Assembly: GCA_964016885.1 (NCBI GenBank) | Contig: CAXHJY010000114.1 | Coordinates: forward strand, 62,001 to 126,000 | Source of the DNA: Eledone cirrhosa | Lineage: Eukaryota | Reading direction: 5' to 3' | Length of the DNA: 64,000 bases | In this document: positions 55,042 through 64,000 of the stretch, piece by piece | Position numbering within the stretch: the stretch's first letter is position 1 | Layout: each line of letters opens with the position of its first letter | Translations under genes and position numbers: made by a program | The notes under the pieces: generated by a model | Database searches by the model: none | Seen by the model: the letters and a program-made list of their open reading frames with translations, nothing else | What the model was told of the DNA's origin: nothing

Positions 55042-57332
55042 ATGCACATGGTTGCCTATTCAGATCACAAACTAGTCATCTGCATAGTCAACCGTGATAG
55101 AATACATAGACAAGGACCCGGATACTGGAAGCTGAACATGTCGCTACCGACACGTAAAGCCTACAAATGAACGGATAAGTAGATTAGTTAAGCAACAGTT
55201 GACGTGAGCCATGTCAACAACAGATGGTGGTACTCTCTCAAGAGAGCAATTAGAGTAGAGTCGATAGATTTTAGTAGAGAATTAGCCTAAGAGAAAGACA
55301 AAACAGAAACAGAACTAGTAGCCAAGGTAGAGGTGGAACTTAGGAGTGGCAACACAGCTAGAGTGCTAGCAACGAGAACAAGGTCTTCGACGCGAAACAC
55401 GAAGGCTGCGTGGTCAGAAGTAAATCACGTGCTCTAGGAAACGAGGGAGCAAAAGCTGTTAGCTGGGCCCGAGTGGCAGAGGCGAAAAGTGGCAACAAGT
55501 CCACGATTCGGTCTTTGAAAGACCAAAACGGAGGCGTGCTACTTGACCCCAAGCGGATGTGCGCGGCCTTTCAGCGGCACTTTGCGCAACTGTTCGAGCA
55601 GAGTGGCGGTGCGTCGAACGGGCCAATGGACTTCGGTTCAAACCTCGACAGCCTGCCGCATCTCTCGAGCATGGACGCCGAGTTCTGCGAAAGACCGATC
55701 ACAGCCACAGATATACGGGACGCTCTGGACCGCTGCGGGAAACGCAGATCACCCAGTCTAGATGGTCTACCCTATGAGTTTTACATATGCATGCCAGACT
55801 TGTTCTCTGGGGTCCTCGAAGCCGTCTCAGTTCTGCAGGCGGGGACGTAGTAACGCTGATCAGGAAAAACGAGAACAAGGGGGACGAACTAAGCAACTTT
55901 AGGCCCATAACTCTGCTCAACACAGAGTTAAAGATTTTGGCCAAGGTGTTGGCAACGAGGTTGTCGTCGAGAACCTGGTAGGGAAAGCGCAAACGTGTGC
56001 AATCCCGACCAGGTCCATAAACGACAACCTCCACCTCATGCGATACATCATAGAGAGGGTGGGATGTAAACCCGGCATCGGTGGGGCTCTGATCAATTTA
56101 GATCAGTCTAAGGCGTTCGATAGGGTCGACCATCGATACTTGGAAGCGGTTTTGAAGGCGGCCGGTTTCGGACCCGTCTTCAGAGGCTGGATCGCTGCAA
56201 TGCACACCAACATCTGCTCGACGGTCAAGGTGAACGGCTACCTATCGGAGCGGTTCGCAATCACGCGTTCCCTCCAACAAGGATGTCCTCTCCCCTCCAT
56301 TCTGTACGTGCTGACTCTGGAGCCACTACTGCGGAAGTTGTAGCTGCTGCAGGGCATTCCGTTGGAACCAGGACTGCGGTAAGCGGCGTCGGTTTATGCC
56401 GACAACGTGACAGTAATGGTGTCGGAAACCTCGGAAATCGGGGCGATCAGCAACTTACTGCAGGAATACGAAAGGCTCACAGGAGCAAAACTGAACCCGG
56501 AAAAGTCTGTCGGTTTGCAACTCGGAACGAGGAGAGGCAAACCGATGCCGTTAGACAGCGTCGTCGGACGCTGGACGGACGGACGGACCGGTGAAATTGC
56601 TCGGGTTCTGGTTCGGTCAGGACCTCTAGGTGGAGAAAAACTGGAACGTGGTCACGGCCAAGTTATTTGCGCTCACCCAGAAGTGGACAGAGTGCAAACT
56701 ATCTTTGAAAGGTCGAGCGGAAGTGGCGAACACTTTCATAGCGTCCGTCATCTACTACCACTTGACCGTCGTGCCTTGTCCCCGTGAACACCTCACCAAG
56801 ATGAAACGCATGCTCTTCCAGTTCCTTTGGAAGAAGCAGGCTCCACTGGTGAGGAGATCCTTCTGCTGTCAGCACCCTTCCAACGGAGGGCTGGGGATGC
56901 CGTGGCTGATGATACGCAAACATGCGCTGAGGCTACGGCATCTCCAAGTATTCCTCACCGACCAACCGGTGTGGGCACTGTTTGTGACACAGGCCTTTCC
57001 GCAACTTGTCTCGCTGACGGAACTACAATCCTGCATCAAGCGGAGACCGAAGAAAATGGGCGCCTGGCACATTGAATGCGCTTAGGCGCTCACAGTCAAG
57101 TGGGCACAGCAATCAGTGGAGAAAAGAGCACTTGCACAACACGCTCCTGAAGTTGAGGGTTGTTCTATTGACGGGGTATTAAACAACCCATTTGTGGCGC
57201 CTCCCCCCTATTGGGATTTCGATTGTTAAATCTGTTTGTTTCAATATTTATACACGACTGTATGTAAAATTCCCGGCATATGTCTTTGTTTTGTCCCCTT
57301 TTCTTGTGCGCCCTTGTGGCAAATAAAGAAAT
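55042..57332 (+). mobile_element. 5'-truncated, decayed Tx1 LINE in (TATC)n
   Basis: ORF2 remnants from YSDHK to GAWHIECA with stops and frameshifts; C-terminus deleted; 3' end cccttgtggcaaataaagaaat-(atct)n. Confidence 0.92.
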
Positions 57333-57333
57333 A

Positions 57334-57374
<41 letters not shown>

Positions 57375-57589
57375 CTGGGATGGACACACGCGTATAACTT
57401 GCTGAGTAAGTTCTGTTTAAATTTCTATAGAAATTCTTGTCTGATAACTTTAATTTTTGTACCATTTTGTAGAGGGACTGCCAGGTCAAACTTTGATCTG
57501 GTCAGTCTCTCAAAATATTCTACGCCTTTAGGCGAAATAGTTAAACAAAAAAAAAGTTTTTTCTTGTTGAAAAGTCAATATTTTTTTAA

Positions 57590-59368
57590 ATGGCCGAAGC
57601 TTCTTCACCAAAATTCGAAGGAGGAAAGGGGAAGATGAACTTACAGCTTCCCCCTGCCACTGTCACAGTAGCAGAGGTCAAGAAGAAAGGTCAGCCAGAG
57701 GAAGAATTCTCTCCACCTGTTAACCGACAACTTGACGTTGCCATGGTAACAACTCAAAGAACCAGCGGCAACAGCAACAACAACAATGCGACGGACGAAA
57801 ACAACACCAATAACAATAACAACAACAAGACCAATAACGGTGACAACAACAACAATGATAACAACAACACCACCAACGACAACAACAACACAAACAAACA
57901 AAATTTCTCCTTCGCCGAGACGACAAGGAAAACCCTCGACTATCTGCCAGTAGATATAACAAAAGCGAAGGAGTTACTGGCGGATGCGAAAAAATATATA
58001 GTGTACGGGGAAAATGGTTCATTCACAATCCATTCCCCCCCGGAACTAAAAAGCCAGAGACTCCTAAACACGGTCATGTTTAGGACAATCTCGAACAAAA
58101 GTAAAAAACCAGCTCAACCATCACAGAGCGAGATAGAGCTGGTTTTAAAAGACGTCATGAAGGACATCACCTTCATTCAGAAGGATAGACTCTACGGGAG
58201 TCTATCCATTCTCATGAAGGACAGGGACACAGCAGTGAAACTGTCCATCAAACCAATCACATCCACCGCATACACCTTCTACCCTACGTACATGGGTAGA
58301 AGAACACAAAAAATAAAAATCCACACCATCCTGCCGATTATGGACATATGGTGGGTTTTGACAGGTTTTCTGGACCTGGAGGATGACATGCTGGTGTCCA
58401 TGGGAAAGGCATCGGGTGACGCGTTCAGTGGAACGAGCCTCGAACTTGTAGTTCAAATGAGGCCCGAAAGGATCGCCCAGATCCCTGAACGCGTCATACT
58501 GGATGATCTAACCTTCATCAACATTACCGTTGAGGGTAGACGGCCCTCGTGTTACCTCTGCGGAACCAGAGGTCACCTGAGGGCTGTCTGTCCCCAACTT
58601 AATAAGAAAACCCCAATCCTGCCTACACCACCAACAGCTGCACAACCAACACAATCACCACAACTACCACTACAAAAACAACCACCACAGCTCAAACCAA
58701 AACAAAACAATGTCCAACCCATCCCCTCCACTCAAAAAACAAAAACAATTTCCAAAACACCCGTACCGCAAACACAACCCGAAAATATACCCCTCCCCTC
58801 CAACGCGGAAGATGACCCTAGTTCGTCGTCAGACGAGGAGGAGCACTTCCACACAATCAAAAGAAAAAAAAGAAAACACACCTCAGACACACAAATGAAA
58901 AAAAACCCTCCCCAAAACATAACACTGACACCAACACAAAAGAGCTCACAACAGCAAACAAAAAACACCACACAAAAACAAAAACATGCATACACATACA
59001 TAAATACAAGAAACAAAAAACTGTTAAACATTGTGTACAACAACAATCTAATAAAAACACAAGGGCCTAACTTCACCCAGGCAGGGGATTTCCCCCACCT
59101 CAAAATGATTAAGGCCCCACAGGACACCTATAAAACTTTAAAAAACAATTTTAAAGAGGACGTGGGTCCCCCCTGCGTCGGGCCCATTAACCGCGTCCTC
59201 CTAAAAAACTATCCCACCCCCTCCCCAAACACCCACACAACTCCAAGCTCCCCAACCACACAACACACTGATGCCCCCACACTTCCACAAACCACCACCC
59301 CACCCAACAACCCATCCCCCACCCTAATGGAAATTGTGCAGCCCGATACCCGGGACGCAGAGAGGTAA
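57590..59368 (+). CDS. Tx1 ORF1 protein, 592 aa, CCHC zinc knuckle
   Basis: VEGRRPSCYLCGTRGHLRAVC; poly-Asn N-terminal tract; Pro/Gln/Thr-rich C-terminus. Confidence 0.9.
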   Translation: MAEASSPKFEGGKGKMNLQLPPATVTVAEVKKKGQPEEEFSPPVNRQLDVAMVTTQRTSGNSNNNNATDENNTNNNNNNKTNNGDNNNNDNNNTTNDNNNTNKQNFSFAETTRKTLDYLPVDITKAKELLADAKKYIVYGENGSFTIHSPPELKSQRLLNTVMFRTISNKSKKPAQPSQSEIELVLKDVMKDITFIQKDRLYGSLSILMKDRDTAVKLSIKPITSTAYTFYPTYMGRRTQKIKIHTILPIMDIWWVLTGFLDLEDDMLVSMGKASGDAFSGTSLELVVQMRPERIAQIPERVILDDLTFINITVEGRRPSCYLCGTRGHLRAVCPQLNKKTPILPTPPTAAQPTQSPQLPLQKQPPQLKPKQNNVQPIPSTQKTKTISKTPVPQTQPENIPLPSNAEDDPSSSSDEEEHFHTIKRKKRKHTSDTQMKKNPPQNITLTPTQKSSQQQTKNTTQKQKHAYTYINTRNKKLLNIVYNNNLIKTQGPNFTQAGDFPHLKMIKAPQDTYKTLKNNFKEDVGPPCVGPINRVLLKNYPTPSPNTHTTPSSPTTQHTDAPTLPQTTTPPNNPSPTLMEIVQPDTRDAER

Positions 59369-59392
59369 GTGCCTTTTCTCTTCACCACCAAC

Positions 59393-62300
59393 ATGGCTAT
59401 GCTAAGAGTAGGCTGTTTAAATGCGCGTGGCCTGGGCTCAACTTGGAAGCAAGCAATGCTTCTAAATGACCTCAGGTCACAACGTATAGATGTGATGGTT
59501 ATTTGCGAGGCCCGGATCAGCAACGTGCGACAGCTGGCCCCCACCTTTGATGACTTTGAGATGCACGCATCTCTCTGTCAGCCCGGAGGTGGGGGTGGAG
59601 TTGTCGTTCTGCTGCAAAAACATCTGGGTCTCGCAACACAGATAGTACATTTGGACCCGGAGGGTCGACTAGTGGTTCTGGACCTTGGCAGTGGTAAAGG
59701 CGGAGCGTTTAGGTTGGTAGCCGCCTACGGCCCTTTCGGGTCAATGCGGCCGGACTTCTTCCATCGTCTGGAGACTTTTCTAGGGACGTCCCGCTCCTTG
59801 CTATTAGTGGGGGACTGGAATGGTATCCTAGATGCACGCTGGGACTACGTAGGGGCCTGCCCCGATAGAGAGGGGTGTAATAGCCTCAAAGGGTTAATCG
59901 GTCGATTTGACCTGGCCGATAGATATCGACTAGATTTTCCGACTGCGCCAACCTGGACTTGGGCAAATCGTAGCGGATCATCTAGGTCGTACCTAGATAG
60001 GTTCTTAGTTAGAATTAAGGATAAGGACTTTTTAAGTTGTCCAAAAATGCGCATTGTTGGCTATTCAGACCACAAATTAGTGACCTGCATGGTCAACCTT
60101 GACAGAACTCATAGACAGGGCCCCGGTTACTGGAAGCTCAACTTGTCCTTGCCGGCAAGTAGAGCCTACAGGAATCGGATTAGTACGTTAGTTAAGGAAC
60201 GGTTGACTGGAGCGATCGTCAACAGCAGGTGGTGGGTATCTCTAAAGAGAGAGATTAGAGTAGTCTCGATAGAATTTAGTAAGGTTCTAGCTGCGGATAG
60301 GAATAGGAAGGAAAGGGAGCTAATAGATAGAGTAGAAGAGGCAATTAGAAGCGGCGACGTGGCCAGAGTGCTAGCGTCGAGAACGGCTTTGAGCCAGTTT
60401 TTCGACGCGAAGCACGAAGGCTGCGTTGTCCGAAGTAAAATACGTGCTCTAGGGAACGAGGGGACCAAAGCTGTTAGCTGGGCCCGCGTGACAGAGGCCA
60501 ACAGTGGAACTAAATCCACCATCCGGTCTTTGCGAGACCTGGATGGACGGGCGATTCTTGAGCCTAAGCAGATGTGTGAGGCCTTTCAAAGGCACTTTGC
60601 CCGACTGTTCGGGAGGGGCGGGGAGCCGGTTGGGAACGTGGACTTCGGTCCATACCTCGACGGCCTGCCGCGCCTCTCGGACAGGGAGGCGAAGTCCTGC
60701 GAAGAGCCGATTTCGGCCGCTGAGATAGAGGACGTGCTGAGCCAATGCGGCAAACGCAAATCCCCGGGTCTCGATGGTCTTCCTTACGAATTATATCTAG
60801 CTATGCCGGACTTGTTCCCCGATCTCCTCGAGGCGGTCTACTGCAACTGGCAACAGAACGGGAGAATTCCCTGTACTGTGACCAAGGGCGTAGTCACGCT
60901 AGTGAGGAAGGACGAGAACAAGGGGGACGAAATAAGTAACTTCAGGCCCATAACACTGCTAAATACAGAGTTACAGATTTTGGCCAAGGTGCTAGCAAAG
61001 AGGTTGGCGCTTGTCGTGGGCAACCTGGTGGGAGATGCGCAGACATGCGCTATCCCGTCCAGGTCCATCCATGACAACCTCCACCTCATGCGATACATCA
61101 TAGAGAGGGTTGGGAACGAACCCGGCTTTGGTGGGGCTCTGATCAACTTGGATCAATCTAAGGCGTTCGATAGGGTCGACCATGGTTACCTGGATGCGGT
61201 GCTAGCGGCGGCAGGCTTCGGACCCGTTTTCAGGGGCTGGATCACTGCTATGCACAGCAGCCGCATCTGCTCTAGGGTCAAGGTGAACGGCTACCTCTCG
61301 GAGCCGTTCAAAATCGCGCGGTCCATCCGACAAGGGTGCCCTCTCTCCTCCCTTCTGTATGTGTTGACTCTCGAGCCACTACTGCGGAAGTTGGAGTTGT
61401 TGCAGGGCATCCCTTTGGAACCGGGATTGCGGAAAGCGGTGTCGGCCTACGCCGATGACGTGACAGTAATGGTGTCGACGGCCTCCGAAATCGAGGCGGT
61501 CGGCACCTTACTGGAGGAGTACGAAAAGTTCACAGGGGCTAAGCTGAACCGGGACAAGTCGATCGGTTTGCAACTCGGCACGTGGAGGGGCAGACCGATG
61601 CCCTCCGATAGCGTCGTCGGACGCTGGACGGAGGGCCCGGTGAAGTTGCTCGGGGTCTGGTTCGGACCGGACCTCCAGGTGGAGAAAAACTGGGCGGAGG
61701 TCACGAACAGGGTGTTTGCACTGACCCAGAAGTGGGCCAGTTGCAAACTATCCCTGAAAGGCCGGGCGGAGGTGGCGAACACCTACATAGCGTCCGTCAT
61801 CTACTACCGCCTGACCGTAGTGCCCTGCCCAAGGGAAACCCTCACCAAGATGGAGCGCGCGCTCTTCCAATTCCTTTGGAAGAGGCGGGCTCCTATGGTG
61901 AGGAGATCCATCTGCTGTCAACACCCTTCGAAAGGAGGGCTGGGGATGCCGTGGCTAGTGATGCGTAAACACGCATTAAGGCTACGGCACCTCTACGTAT
62001 TCCTCACCGGACAACCGGTGTGGGCCTCGTTTGTGAGACGAACCTTTCCCAGACTCGTCTCACTCACCGAGCTGCAATCCTGGGTCAAGCAAAGACCGAG
62101 AAAACTGGGCGCCTGGCACACTGAGTGTGCCCAGGCGCTCACCGCCCTCTGGCAGGCGGATCCGGTTATCAGTGGAGACTCCACCGCAACATTCTATAGA
62201 GGGCTGGTACGCAGCAGGTGCGACGACGCCCTCGGAGAAGCCCTAGACATGGAGGAGGACGAACTGGCCAGCCTGTTCGGTAGGACATTCAGCCCGGGAC

Positions 62301-62830
62301 CTATGGACAACTTCCAGAAGTCCCTGGCCTGGCAGTGCTACCGAGGGGCTTTACCCGTTCGAGAAAGGCTCTACAGACACGGGCGCCCGGGTAGGGACCC
62401 CGCCAAAAAGATCTGTCCCAGATGCGTGTGCGACGAGGAAACCGTTGCACACGCATTAGTACACTGCTCGGGCGTAGCCGATCTGTGGGGCTATGTCGAA
62501 CAACTGCTGTCAAGGGTGGGACCGATCCGGTTGACCACCGAGTCTATTGTAATGATCAAGCCGCCTCCCCCCTTCAAAGATGAAGCAGAGGCGGTGTTTC
62601 TGTGCGTAATAGCCATGGCGAAAGAGGTTGTATGGTGGACGCGTCTGAAAGGACTGAGGTCGGGCACCTTTCTCTCTGGCCAACAACTGGTCCGTTTCTT
62701 CCGATATCATTTCGGAAGAAGGATCAGGATGGAGAGAGAGGTGCTGCACCCCAGCCGTTTCTATGAAAGATGGGTGAAAGTGGCGAGAATGGCCCGTGTG
62801 AATGGGCCTTCACTCTACATCAGACTATAG
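59393..62830 (+). CDS. Tx1 ORF2 protein, 1145 aa from the first ATG: APE endonuclease, reverse transcriptase, zinc finger
   Basis: LNARGL, E, YGP, GDWN, YLDR, SDH; SPGLDG, FRPITLLN, DQSKAFDRV, QGCPLS, YADD; CPRC..ETVAHALVHC. Confidence 0.96.
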   Translation: MAMLRVGCLNARGLGSTWKQAMLLNDLRSQRIDVMVICEARISNVRQLAPTFDDFEMHASLCQPGGGGGVVVLLQKHLGLATQIVHLDPEGRLVVLDLGSGKGGAFRLVAAYGPFGSMRPDFFHRLETFLGTSRSLLLVGDWNGILDARWDYVGACPDREGCNSLKGLIGRFDLADRYRLDFPTAPTWTWANRSGSSRSYLDRFLVRIKDKDFLSCPKMRIVGYSDHKLVTCMVNLDRTHRQGPGYWKLNLSLPASRAYRNRISTLVKERLTGAIVNSRWWVSLKREIRVVSIEFSKVLAADRNRKERELIDRVEEAIRSGDVARVLASRTALSQFFDAKHEGCVVRSKIRALGNEGTKAVSWARVTEANSGTKSTIRSLRDLDGRAILEPKQMCEAFQRHFARLFGRGGEPVGNVDFGPYLDGLPRLSDREAKSCEEPISAAEIEDVLSQCGKRKSPGLDGLPYELYLAMPDLFPDLLEAVYCNWQQNGRIPCTVTKGVVTLVRKDENKGDEISNFRPITLLNTELQILAKVLAKRLALVVGNLVGDAQTCAIPSRSIHDNLHLMRYIIERVGNEPGFGGALINLDQSKAFDRVDHGYLDAVLAAAGFGPVFRGWITAMHSSRICSRVKVNGYLSEPFKIARSIRQGCPLSSLLYVLTLEPLLRKLELLQGIPLEPGLRKAVSAYADDVTVMVSTASEIEAVGTLLEEYEKFTGAKLNRDKSIGLQLGTWRGRPMPSDSVVGRWTEGPVKLLGVWFGPDLQVEKNWAEVTNRVFALTQKWASCKLSLKGRAEVANTYIASVIYYRLTVVPCPRETLTKMERALFQFLWKRRAPMVRRSICCQHPSKGGLGMPWLVMRKHALRLRHLYVFLTGQPVWASFVRRTFPRLVSLTELQSWVKQRPRKLGAWHTECAQALTALWQADPVISGDSTATFYRGLVRSRCDDALGEALDMEEDELASLFGRTFSPGPMDNFQKSLAWQCYRGALPVRERLYRHGRPGRDPAKKICPRCVCDEETVAHALVHCSGVADLWGYVEQLLSRVGPIRLTTESIVMIKPPPPFKDEAEAVFLCVIAMAKEVVWWTRLKGLRSGTFLSGQQLVRFFRYHFGRRIRMEREVLHPSRFYERWVKVARMARVNGPSLYIRL

Positions 62831-63093
62831 GTGAGGAAGATGAAAGACCAAGGGAGCACCCCTTCTCTGTGCTCCTGAGGAGAAGGGTTGCACACTTTTT
62901 TCGGGGGTGTGTGCGACCCCCCAAGGCGCCTCCTCTCTATTGAGGATTTTGTTAAAAATTTTATTTTTTGTTATATCTTATTTTATTTTTATATTTTGTT
63001 ATTGCCTCCTCCTTATTGAGGACGCCTTTTTGTGTAAACTCCCCCCTTTGTACTTGTCCCACTTTTGATGCCCTAGTGGCAAATAAAAGAAAT

Positions 63094-63345
<252 letters not shown>

Positions 63346-63611
63346 TGTCTACTTATTGTCTATCTACAATCTATCTCAATTTGTTATCCCCTACCAATGT
63401 TCCTTTTTCTCTCTTTTATTTCTTTACTTTACAAACACATACACGCTCGGTTCACATTCAGCTTCATTGAACCTTTTCATTCATATTTTGCATCCACAAA
63501 ATAGATTTTTACAGTTTTCGTCTTTTGAACAATGCTTATATCAAACATAACTAAATAGCTGACGAAACGTCTTTGTTGCTGATATTCGGGTGAGAGAGCT
63601 GAGTGACAGGG

Positions 63612-63968
63612 AGTGAATGGACTTCCGTCAGTTTCGATGAGGTGTTTCAGTTATTCAATCAACAGAACAGCCTGCTCATGAAATTAACGTGTAAAAAGGG
63701 CTGAGTATTCCATAGAGATGTGTGGCCTTAACGTAGTTCACAAGGAAGTTCAGCGTGACACTATGTGTGACAAAGTTGTCCCTTCGAATTACAGGTAAAG
63801 TCCATCCGACGGGTTTACGAACAGTTTCCGACTACCCAGTTTCACTCAAGGTGATGGATCGATTCAAGGCTATGGTAAATGACACTTGCCCAATATGGCA
63901 CGCAGTGGGATTGAACCTGGAACTTAATGATTACGAAACGACCTCTTAACCACTCGGTCATGCTGCGT
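63612..63968 (-). mobile_element. SINE family B copy
   Basis: Reverse complement of the family B body and head. Confidence 0.7.
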
Positions 63969-64000
63969 CCCTCGCTTCGCGTTTGCAGGGATCCATAATG

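Larger units (their letters stand above)
57375..63093 (+). mobile_element. Full-length L1/Tx1-clade LINE with both ORFs open, in (TATC)n
   Basis: 5' UTR, ORF1, 24-bp spacer, ORF2, 3' UTR with AATAAA; (TATC)n on both flanks. Confidence 0.96.

Overview
AT-rich, microsatellite-dense metazoan intergenic or intronic DNA; the SINE repertoire suggests an octopus-like cephalopod (inference). I can support no host protein-coding exon. The window is a mosaic of retroelements. It holds one full-length L1/Tx1-clade LINE with both ORFs open (57375-63093) and a truncated relative, both in (TATC)n. A decayed full-length Tx1 (28019-34030, minus) and two R4/Dong fragments sit in (AAT)n. There are also RTE and CRE 3' fragments, a Penelope-like (PLE) GIY-YIG fragment, many tRNA-derived SINEs, a hAT-like MITE, a small Helitron and a 46-bp minisatellite. 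Two signals stand out. (1) About a dozen hammerhead-ribozyme (HHR)-like motifs and eight fold-back palindromes occur in short non-coding inserts, mostly embedded in (TA)n, and six share a putative 3' hairpin. They look like a diverse set of non-autonomous PLE-derived ribozyme elements. (2) The youngest SINE family shares its 3' terminus and ATT junctions with the (ATT)n-associated Tx1 LINE, suggesting a SINE-Tx1 partnership. All coordinates and pairings were read by eye; element boundaries are approximate.
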